A stretch of 64,000 nucleotides of DNA, from positions 422 to 64,421 of the forward strand of contig CALVJJ010000001.1 of the NCBI GenBank assembly GCA_944332185.1, read 5' to 3'. Position 1 is the first letter of the stretch, and each line of letters begins with the position of its first letter. This stretch comes from an uncultured Clostridia bacterium (GTDB lineage Bacteria; Bacillota; Clostridia; Christensenellales; UBA1242). Under the pieces are notes generated by a model. It saw only the letters and a list, made by a program, of their open reading frames with translations, had not been told where the DNA came from and did not search any database. The position numbers and the translations under genes are program-made. Shown piece after piece: positions 30,840 to 39,800 of this stretch.

Positions 30840-33467
30840 TTAATGAAATATCATTCGAATAAAGAACATTCCCCAACTACCAATTTCTAAAAGTAGACCT
30901 ACACAACATAAGATAGAGAAGATTCCCATAAGATATCCTTTACATAGCACCTCTGCGCAAGAATCCAACCAACGAAACTTATCAAATTTTATCAACAAGA
31001 AAAGAATTCCTAGTAGTCCAATACTTACGATACCAGTAATCAACAACAATTTTATATAAGGAGAATGATAGGTAATGACCCCTTGTGGATCTTCTGTAAT
31101 CATGAACCCAAGATCATTTGTTGCAATCTGATTCCCATACCCTTCTAATGCCACATACGGCAATACATAATAAGGATATGTTGTTTGAAATTCATATTCT
31201 ATTTTATTTTGTTTTGCAGTACAATACCCATTAGTATTTTTTATATTATTGATAGTTGTTGACAATTTCTCAATATCTATTGACACTATCTCTATTTCTG
31301 TGTCCACTAAAGTATAAGCTGTAGCTTCTTCTTTTGGCGTGAAATCGATTGTGATATTTCCATCTTTTGTTGCATATCCTAAATCTAAAAAATGTTCGGA
31401 ATCTACCACATAAGGAATGTCATTCACCGTATAGGTATCTATATGTTGATTGATTTTATTACTAACCAAATAATATTGATATCCTTGTTTGACTGGAATA
31501 GAAAGATTTTCTTGTTGTAAGAAGGTATCCACATGGATTTCATGTCCATCTTCCGTAATTTCATACATACTATCTTCTAAATATGGGTATAAAGAAGTAT
31601 TACTAGCAATCTCTCCTTCCCCACCTATCCACTGGTACAAAATATTTTGTTTTTCCGTCACATATAGATCAGGATCTATCAACAACTCTTTACTTGTCAC
31701 TCCAAATCCATTAGACAGTGACAATGTATTTTCATAAACATAATACCCATCTTTTTCTCCGATAAGATCTAAATATGGTAAAGCACTTGGATATGATAAG
31801 ATATAATAGTCATATCCCATTAAAATATCTGAAAACACTGTTCCTCCAGCAGATGTAACACTGTTCGTTGAATTCGTATCATAGGATAATGCAAAAGCTG
31901 GAATTAAGTTGTTTTTATGAATAGAAGAAGTAAAAGCATTATACTGTGGTATTTTTAATTGTAAACCTAAATTTTTTTGTTGATACTCTCCCACAATTTT
32001 TACTTTTTTATCCGTTAAATCATAATCTGTGATGATATCTTGATACACATTCATCGTAGATACATTGAGAGTTCCATTACCCATGATACTTCCTGCAGTA
32101 AACCAAACTTGAATGATCATAAACATGATACAACTTACGGTTAGCAGTCTTTTACTGATCTGTTGCTTGCGGATCCCTTTTAAGAAAATATACCCAAATA
32201 ACATCATTGGCACAAAGATCAAACTAACTGCAATCATAATCACCCACGATGGCTGACAATATGCAAGAGAAGAATCTAATGTGTTCAAACAAGGTACCAG
32301 TAGTACCATCGTAACACCATATATACTTAGGAAAAAGGATAAGATCATATATACATTTTGTGTTTTCTTTGGAAAAGACATATTTTCTTGTACACTAGAT
32401 ACAACATGACAAACACAACAAAATAATACGATTTGAAACAAAAAACCAAATCTATATGGATACCCAAAATAAGAACCGAGTGTCAATAATTGTGCAATTT
32501 TATCCGTTACAATGGGTAGTAAAGCAATACCCATACTGATGATGTAGAATAAGTATTGTTTATCTTGTTTCATCTTTTTAAAATAGAAAATCACAAGTCC
32601 AATAAAAAATCCGTCCATAAGCAAATAGCTGTATTTCCCAAAATACGCATTCAAATTGAGAGATAGCCAATCAATATCTACATTTAGTCTAGAACTATCT
32701 TTTATGACAAAAACAAATGTTATTATGACAGGAAGTGTGATAATCAATGCCATAAAATGCGATATGATTGTATTTTTTAAGATTTTCTTTCTTGTATCTT
32801 TGGTGATACATAAAATAGGATACAAACACAAAATAGCAAACCATACTATCATCATTTGCAAACTTAAAGATAAACTAGCACATATCACACAACATAGCAT
32901 ACCAACGAACGCATCTATTTTCCCTTTTTGAATCATTCTCTTATATGCAACAACTGTAAGAGGTAAATACATAAGATAATCTATCCAAGACAACCATGTA
33001 GCATTGCTACAAAAATATCCACAACAAGCATAACCTAATAAGATACCATATATCAAAAAATGTTGCTGTATATTGGGATAAACCTTTCTAATCATATAAT
33101 ACATAGCAAGGATAATACATAAGTGTTTTGCCAAATACACAAAATTCGTCACATAATGTAAATTATATTTTCCAAAAATGAGATAAAAAATAGAGAATGG
33201 AGACAAACAAATATAGAGAATAGATCCAACCATATCCATTCCCCCACCAACATAAAAAGAGAAGGACAACGGACTATCTGCTTGTAACCAACGATACCAA
33301 TGATTTAAAAATGGATCTACCTGCTGTATCGTATCATAATGCGAAAGAGTGTTTGGCCCAAGGGGAAATATTCCATAGAACAAAAATAATACGATGTACA
33401 TCACACACAAAGTCAGGATTGCCCATATCACACTTTTATGATTTTGATAAAATGACTTTTTCTCCAT
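30840..33467 (-). CDS. YfhO-family polytopic membrane protein (putative extracytoplasmic glycosyltransferase)
   Basis: About 875 aa. There are ~14 TM helices in the N-terminal ~480 aa, then a ~370-aa soluble (outside) domain containing QYNAFTSSIHKNN...GGTVFSDILMGYDYYILS, then terminal TM helices. This is the YfhO architecture. The ATG at 33467 follows AAAGGTG. The track ORF is 20 codons longer. Confidence 0.6.
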   Translation of the reverse strand: MEKKSFYQNHKSVIWAILTLCVMYIVLFLFYGIFPLGPNTLSHYDTIQQVDPFLNHWYRWLQADSPLSFSFYVGGGMDMVGSILYICLSPFSIFYLIFGKYNLHYVTNFVYLAKHLCIILAMYYMIRKVYPNIQQHFLIYGILLGYACCGYFCSNATWLSWIDYLMYLPLTVVAYKRMIQKGKIDAFVGMLCCVICASLSLSLQMMIVWFAILCLYPILCITKDTRKKILKNTIISHFMALIITLPVIITFVFVIKDSSRLNVDIDWLSLNLNAYFGKYSYLLMDGFFIGLVIFYFKKMKQDKQYLFYIISMGIALLPIVTDKIAQLLTLGSYFGYPYRFGFLFQIVLFCCVCHVVSSVQENMSFPKKTQNVYMILSFFLSIYGVTMVLLVPCLNTLDSSLAYCQPSWVIMIAVSLIFVPMMLFGYIFLKGIRKQQISKRLLTVSCIMFMIIQVWFTAGSIMGNGTLNVSTMNVYQDIITDYDLTDKKVKIVGEYQQKNLGLQLKIPQYNAFTSSIHKNNLIPAFALSYDTNSTNSVTSAGGTVFSDILMGYDYYILSYPSALPYLDLIGEKDGYYVYENTLSLSNGFGVTSKELLIDPDLYVTEKQNILYQWIGGEGEIASNTSLYPYLEDSMYEITEDGHEIHVDTFLQQENLSIPVKQGYQYYLVSNKINQHIDTYTVNDIPYVVDSEHFLDLGYATKDGNITIDFTPKEEATAYTLVDTEIEIVSIDIEKLSTTINNIKNTNGYCTAKQNKIEYEFQTTYPYYVLPYVALEGYGNQIATNDLGFMITEDPQGVITYHSPYIKLLLITGIVSIGLLGILFLLIKFDKFRWLDSCAEVLCKGYLMGIFSILCCVGLLLEIGSWGMFFIRMIFH

Positions 33468-33526
33468 ATTGCACCTTTTTTTATAGTCTACCGAAAAATG
33501 AGATCCTGTGTCAATTAGAATACGCA

Positions 33527-33557
33527 ATAAAAAAAGGAGTCAAAACTCCTTTTTTTA
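33527..33557 (-). terminator. rho-independent terminator after pilin-like gene B
   Basis: AGGAGT-caaa-ACTCCT (33535-33550) flanked by A and T runs. On the minus strand a U-run follows the hairpin. Confidence 0.8.
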
Positions 33558-33590
33558 CAATCCAAAATTCCTCAATTCTACTTTACACTT

Positions 33591-33974
33591 TTAATTAGTT
33601 GGTGTTGTAGAAGATGTGGTAGCAGTATTAGAACCTGTCAATCCATTGTCAATTAGATCAAAGATTGCGTTTTGGTTGGTAATCAATAGTTGAATAATTA
33701 CAAGGATCAAGATGGTTAGCACGAATGCTAAAATAAACCACAACATCTTTTTCTTAGCTTCATCACGTTTATCAGCAGATTCTGCACGTGCAAGTTGAAT
33801 CCCTAGATAAATAGCATAAATCATACCTGCAGTAGCAACAATAATGATAATAGGAACAAGTAATGCATCTAGCCATTGAATAATGACATTTACAATATTC
33901 TTATACCATGCTTGATTGGTTACACTTGTATCCACACCCAACAAACTTGTCATTGCTAAAAACATATTTTTCAT
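33591..33974 (-). CDS. VirB2/TrbC-like pilin-like hairpin membrane protein (paralog B, 127 aa)
   Basis: The ATG at 33974 lies 7 nt after GGGAG. The TM-loop-TM is LLVPIIIIVATAGMIYAIYLGIQLARAESADKRDEAKKKMLWFILAFVLTILILVIIQLL. It shares the pattern LVP.I......G.IYAI.LG..LA.A..AD.R..AKK.M..F with paralog A. Confidence 0.6.
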   Translation of the reverse strand: MKNMFLAMTSLLGVDTSVTNQAWYKNIVNVIIQWLDALLVPIIIIVATAGMIYAIYLGIQLARAESADKRDEAKKKMLWFILAFVLTILILVIIQLLITNQNAIFDLIDNGLTGSNTATTSSTTPTN

Positions 33975-34031
33975 AGTCATACTCCCATTTTTATTTACAT
34001 ATTTGACGCTCTATTCGTCTTTTATACCCCA

Positions 34032-34072
34032 ATTCTAACATAATTCTTTTTTATTGTAAAACATTTTACAAT
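34032..34072 (-). promoter_or_regulatory. candidate promoter for pilin-like gene B with an overlapping 20-bp palindrome (possible operator)
   Basis: Minus strand reads TTTACA (34060-34055), a 17-nt spacer, then TAGAAT (34037-34032). The palindrome ATTGTAAAAcaTTTTACAAT at 34053-34072 covers the -35 element. Confidence 0.45.
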
Positions 34073-34543
34073 ATTTTTTTATTTTTTTTCATAGTCCTTT
34101 TTTATCACAATGTACAAAAAATAAGAAAGAAATCATTTGCTATTTTCCTTTTATTTTAAAGCATTTTTTGTAATTTATGTGATTTTTATACCAAAAATAA
34201 AAAAAGAATTGTTTTTAAAAAAAATATTCTTTTCTTTTCCTATCCTTGTCATAATGATCTATTTGCTATGGCTGTTTTAGGTATATGGTTTATTTTAAAA
34301 AACACCGTTAGTTTAGATATGTTGCTATAGTCAAAAATAGAAGTTTTGTTATTTTTCAGTATACGTATCACCCAACTAAAACTCTATTACGCAAAGATGT
34401 TTGGGCATTATGTATGGCTACTATATGGGTATAATATAAAAAATAAAGATAAATAGGTATAATCTTTTGACAAAAGATAAGCAAAATAGTAAACTACCCA
34501 TAGAGAATAAAAATTTTAAAACTATCATACATGAGGTGGGGAT

Positions 34544-36535
34544 ATGTCAGATAAAAACAAAACATCGTTTAAAAAACATTTTGTCATTTTTGTGGTATGG
34601 ATTGCCGTAACACTTGTGCTTGCAATATTGGCTGGATCACTTACTCATAATGGTAGTGGTACCGTAGCCACAAGTCCAACCTTCTTTGCTGTTTTAGCTT
34701 TAGGCGTTTTAGGATATTTTGTGTATATCTTAAGTGTTGCTATCAAAGCAGAACCAAAATCTAATTCTGATATCAAACTGATTGGTACTGATCAAAAATA
34801 TTATGACCAAAACTGGTTACCAGAAAAAGATCTTATGACAATCAAAAAATATGGATATGCTACTTACGACCAATTACATAATTTAAATATTGAAGGTATT
34901 CCAATTCGTGCAGAACTTAAGAAAAATAAAATGCATATCAACTTGTATCAAAAAGATTACCATACGCTAGTCATTGGTACAACTGGTAGTGGTAAAACAA
35001 CAAGATATGTGAATCCTACCATACAGATTTTGGGAGAAACAGCCATTCGACCAAGCATGGTTATTTCTGACCCAAAAGGAGAACTATATACCCTTCATAG
35101 TGAAAAATTAAGACAACGTGGCTATCAAATTTTGTCATTTGACTTACGTGAACCATTCAACAGTACAAAATGGAATCCACTAGAACGTGCCTATACTTTA
35201 CACCAATCTGCAAGAGAAATTCGTAAAGAAGTGCGTGTTCACAGAGGAGATACCCCAAAACAATATAAAGATATCCGTATTCCTACTGGAGCAGAATTTA
35301 CTTTAGGAAAAGACTGGTATGAGTTTAATAAAACAGCTTTTCCTTCTAGAGATACTTTGGAAAGATATCTAAAAGGTGAAAGTCAAAAACGTGATAGTAA
35401 AGCAAAAAATATTATTCAAGAAGTTGTAGAAAATCTTTGCCCAGTCAATAGTAAAAACGATCCAAAATGGGAAGAAGGTGCTAGAAACTTAGTCAATGCT
35501 GTTTTACTTGCAATGCTAGAAGATAGCGATTATCCAGAATTGGGCATGACCAAAGAAAAATACAATTTTTACAATTTAGCAAAAATATGTAACATGAAAG
35601 ATGAGGGGAAAAACCCTATTCAATCCTTAAGCGATTATTTTAAAGGCAGAGATCCTTTAAGTGAAGCAAAACAAAAAGCCAATGAAGTTATTGCGAATAC
35701 TGACAAAACTGCTACCAACTATATGGGTATTGTTTCTGGATATATGGGAATGTTTGCCGATCTTGCATTATGTTATGGAACGAGCAGAAATGAAATGGAC
35801 TTATCTCATTTTTCTGAAGTACCTACTGCCCTATTTATTAAAATTCCAGATGAAAATGCTACCCGTTATCCAATCGCTACTTTGTTTATTAGTCAACTAT
35901 ATTCTATCCTTTGTGATGCAGCAGAAAAAACAGGGAATAAATTAAAACGTAGAGTTTACTTTATCCTAGATGAGTTTGCAAACTTACCTGCCATTAAAAA
36001 CTTTGATAAAATTATTACTGTAGCCCGTGGTAGAAATATACTATTTAATCTTGTCGTACAATCTTATTCTCAATTAAATATTGTGTATGGAGATACAGTA
36101 GCACCAGTCGTCAAGGATAACTGTAATATTCACATCTATATTGCTTCCAACGACCGTCAAACAAAAGAAGATTTTTCCAAACGTTGTGGCAATAAATCAT
36201 TTACTCTTGTCCAAACTTCTGTCTCTAAAGGGAAAGGTGCTGATAAAAAAGATGACAAATCCACAAGTGAAAGCAAACAACTTGACCAAAGACCTCTTAT
36301 CTATCCAGAAGAACTTGATTCTTTGGGCAACAATTTGATTGTATCTATCTTGAACGAACCACCTATCAAAACTGTATTTACACCTTCTTATGAAGCAAAA
36401 AATATTTATCAAACACCTGCTCCAAGAGAAGAGATACATCTTAATAATTACTTTGATGAAAAAGCTGAATATTATGATATTAAAATTCGTAATAAAAAAG
36501 TTTTACAAGATGATGATGACGATTTTGATTTTTAA
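34544..36535 (+). CDS. VirD4/TraG-type type IV coupling protein (T4CP ATPase)
   Basis: 663 aa with two N-terminal TM helices. Walker A VIGTTGSGKTTRYVNP, then MVISDPKGELY. Walker B VYFILDEFANLP, then ARGRNILFNLVVQSYSQL. RBS GAGGTGGGG. Confidence 0.85.
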   Translation: MSDKNKTSFKKHFVIFVVWIAVTLVLAILAGSLTHNGSGTVATSPTFFAVLALGVLGYFVYILSVAIKAEPKSNSDIKLIGTDQKYYDQNWLPEKDLMTIKKYGYATYDQLHNLNIEGIPIRAELKKNKMHINLYQKDYHTLVIGTTGSGKTTRYVNPTIQILGETAIRPSMVISDPKGELYTLHSEKLRQRGYQILSFDLREPFNSTKWNPLERAYTLHQSAREIRKEVRVHRGDTPKQYKDIRIPTGAEFTLGKDWYEFNKTAFPSRDTLERYLKGESQKRDSKAKNIIQEVVENLCPVNSKNDPKWEEGARNLVNAVLLAMLEDSDYPELGMTKEKYNFYNLAKICNMKDEGKNPIQSLSDYFKGRDPLSEAKQKANEVIANTDKTATNYMGIVSGYMGMFADLALCYGTSRNEMDLSHFSEVPTALFIKIPDENATRYPIATLFISQLYSILCDAAEKTGNKLKRRVYFILDEFANLPAIKNFDKIITVARGRNILFNLVVQSYSQLNIVYGDTVAPVVKDNCNIHIYIASNDRQTKEDFSKRCGNKSFTLVQTSVSKGKGADKKDDKSTSESKQLDQRPLIYPEELDSLGNNLIVSILNEPPIKTVFTPSYEAKNIYQTPAPREEIHLNNYFDEKAEYYDIKIRNKKVLQDDDDDFDF

Positions 36536-36540
36536 AACTA

Positions 36541-36578
36541 AAAACCATACAATAACACTTGTATGGTTTTTTATTTTT
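36541..36578 (+). terminator. rho-independent terminator after the VirD4-like gene
   Basis: AAAACCATACAA-taacac-TTGTATGGTTTT (36541-36570), followed by a T-run. Confidence 0.85.
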
Positions 36579-36615
36579 TAAAAAATGTATATCAAAAATG
36601 ATCGTAAAAAATATC

Positions 36616-36666
36616 AGTAAAAATACATAAAATACATAGTAAGAATTGTAGTAAAAATACATAAAA
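36616..36666. repeat. 17-bp perfect direct repeat (two copies, 34 bp start to start)
   Basis: AGTAAAAATACATAAAA at 36616-36632 and at 36650-36666, ~105-155 bp upstream of the giant-gene promoter. Confidence 0.9.
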
Positions 36667-36770
36667 AAATGTAGTATACGACTAGGTATTTGCTATCTTT
36701 TTACATATTTTTTTACTCAAAACTCCATACTATTACTATATATAATTATTCATAATATATTACATTTTAA

Positions 36771-36799
36771 TTGTCATAATTTGTCGTTTGTGCTAAAAT
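36771..36799 (+). promoter_or_regulatory. sigma-A-like promoter for the 2601-aa gene
   Basis: TTGTCA (36771-36776), a 17-nt spacer, then TAAAAT (36794-36799). Confidence 0.55.
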
Positions 36800-36861
36800 G
36801 TTGGTAACAGTGATGTATGCAAAAAAACATCAGTAGTAAGGGAAAACATGGGAGAAGAAAA

Positions 36862-39800
36862 ATGCAAAAAAAATATTTACCAAAAATAGTAAACCTAACT
36901 TTCATTTTATTATTAAGTTTGACATTTAGTTTGCTTGCTATTTTTTATCAAAAAGAACAAGACATTTTAGCAGATATTAGTATTGATAGTTACCAAACTA
37001 CACTTTCAGGGCCAGAGTCTTTCCAAGCAAAATTGGTCAATGCAACCATTGATGGAATTACCGATGGCAAATATAGTTACAATGCTGCAAGTCGGGTATA
37101 TAATGAAAATTTAGCTGGTACCCCTATTGAAAGTGGTGATGTTATTATGCTACACAACTATGAAAAAACCACAGGCGATTCTGCACAAAACGTGTATCTA
37201 TCTTTTGGGAAAAAATATACTGAAAATGATGGCTCTTATCCTGTCCTAACCGATATACAAAATATCTATATCTTTGTCAACGGACAATTACAATCCACAC
37301 AAATCCCTACCACGAATACCACCACTTCCGGTGAACTGATTATTAACGGTCTTAGATCAAACTATTGGTATGCTTATTTTGACCTTAATAGTGATACGTT
37401 TGGTAATTACGGTCAAGGCGTGTATTCTATTGGTTTTACTTATAATCTTTGTGTGTTTAATACTGCCACCCAATCTTATGAGATTAGTAATAATCTAACG
37501 TATCGATTTGATTTTACTCTCATTGATGAAACGATTTATGCTATGCCTTATGCCAATCATCAAAACTTCCCTGATGTTATGCAAGCTACGAACTATGTAG
37601 CAAATGGTAGTTTTTACAAAGATACCGAACTACTTACATATTATTATAATTATTCTGTAGCACAAGCACCAGTTCTAGAATACGATGCAGAAAATTATAA
37701 TATTACGTATACCCATTCCACGAATACTACTTTCGACACCTATACCACTTACGTGGAAAGGAATGCTTCCAACCAACTGATCCTACATACCTTACGCAAT
37801 GATGTAGAAGTAAGTGCTATCTCCTTATCTCAAACAGATGGACATTACTTACACCATATTACTTTTGATACACAGGGCACTTATGAGATTACCATTACTT
37901 ATCAATTAAAAAATTCTCTCAATTCTTATCAAATACTAGATGATGTGGAAGTAGAAAATTATCAATTTGATAAAACCCACCCTGACAATACTATTCTTTC
38001 CAACAAAATTCAAATCAACGTATTTGGTGCAAAAGCTTACTTTAATAATAATGGAGTATCTCAACAATTATTCTATCAAGATACCAACTATACATTGAAT
38101 GCTGATTTTACAGCAAATATCTATTCTCACCAAACTACGCCTGCTACTTCCTACCAAGCTATTGCTGGTACACGATTAGATGTGAAAACTTATACAGAAT
38201 CTTTAGGATACTTCCCAGTAACCAACAAGGGACCTATTACCTTCTCTTACTATGGTACATTATCTTACAACGGAAGTGTCCCAGAAAGTTCTTATGTAAA
38301 ATACAATACGTACTCAGATATGTGTGAAGGAAAGAATGCAACACTTGTTCCTCTTGCAAAGGAAACTTCTATTTCTGAAATTGGATTTTATGAAGTTACA
38401 TTGATCTATACCAGCAGTAATGCTAGTAATGTAGCGACAAAATTTTATCAAAAATTCATTTTTGCTATTGTCAGTGGAGAACCAACCGTTAATATCTATG
38501 TAGGAGAAGACAATACTTCCCCTATTGGTAGTAAAAAATATGTCAACCAATCTGTCCATGTCACAACAGAACCTGCTACGATTTTTAGTGATACCAATGT
38601 CAACCTTGTGAACCAACAACAATTCTGTTATCCATTTACCACAACCTACCGTATGATGACTTTCCAATCTAGTGGATATGGACAAAGGAATGAACTTACC
38701 AACACCATGTCCCTTACCGAAAATGGACATTATCAAATAGAAGTAGGATATGGAATTAGTAGTCAAAAAGTATACGAATTTACCATTGATACACAAAGTC
38801 CTAATGAGCCTACCCCTACCCTAGTCCAACCACTTTACCAAAGTATAGACAATCCAACGATTATTGGATATGTTGCAGATCCTGATTATACGATTACCAA
38901 TCTAACGAATGATTGGTTTGCTATGCAATATGACTTTACAAAACCAAGTGGAGCAAGAGTCAATGTAACGTATGAAAAATATATTTTTACAAAAGATGGC
39001 AGTCTCGCAATCACCAACCAAGATGGGTATATTCCAAGTGGCTATATCCTAAAAGATCAAACGGTAGAAAAGAATGCTTACCAGTTTAGTCAAAGTGTAA
39101 GTGGCACAATTAGTGTAACAAGTGTACTAAAACCAACAGAACCTGCATTCTATGTCTTTACCTTAACAGATGAAGCAGGCAATAGTACAAAGTACTCCAT
39201 TTTGTTTGATAATTCTGCCCCAAATCTCATTGTCCAACCAGAACCAACCAATCAATATCATATCATCAATACAGATACTACCATAACATGGGGAGTTTAT
39301 AAAACGTTAGCCATTGAACAAAGTATATTAGAAAAATTAGAGGATTCTATTTTATCTCTTGGTATTACCATGCACAACAACACCTTACCGATCGCCATTA
39401 CCAGAACAGAATTCCAATATATTCAAAACAATGCAGAAGTAACACAAACATATTTCCCAAGAAACATACAATCTGTACAACTACTCGCTGAGAATGGTAC
39501 AACCAATATAGCAAATGGTATCTTTGTGGGAGAAAACTTTTACTCTATTACAGTCTACGATCAAAGTATGATCAGTAGTTTAGATACCTCAAGTACATAT
39601 TCTTTAGAAATGAATTTGGACCAATCTTTAGGTATGGTATTCACAGGTACCACAGCCAATCCAATGAATCGTGTAGAAAATCTATACACCGAAAACTTAA
39701 GCAATGCAGATGGACTATATTTCTCCTACATTGCTGGACAATCTACAACACAATTCTATCTTAATGAAGAAGATGTGACGTATACATTCTATCCTTTTGA

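Noticed and set aside
36197-36662. Short ORFs (60-80 aa, both strands) spanning the virD4 3' end and the following intergenic region.
   Set aside because: They cross a strong terminator hairpin and A/T-rich repeat DNA, and their products are low-complexity (F/Y/K/I-rich). They are not credible genes.
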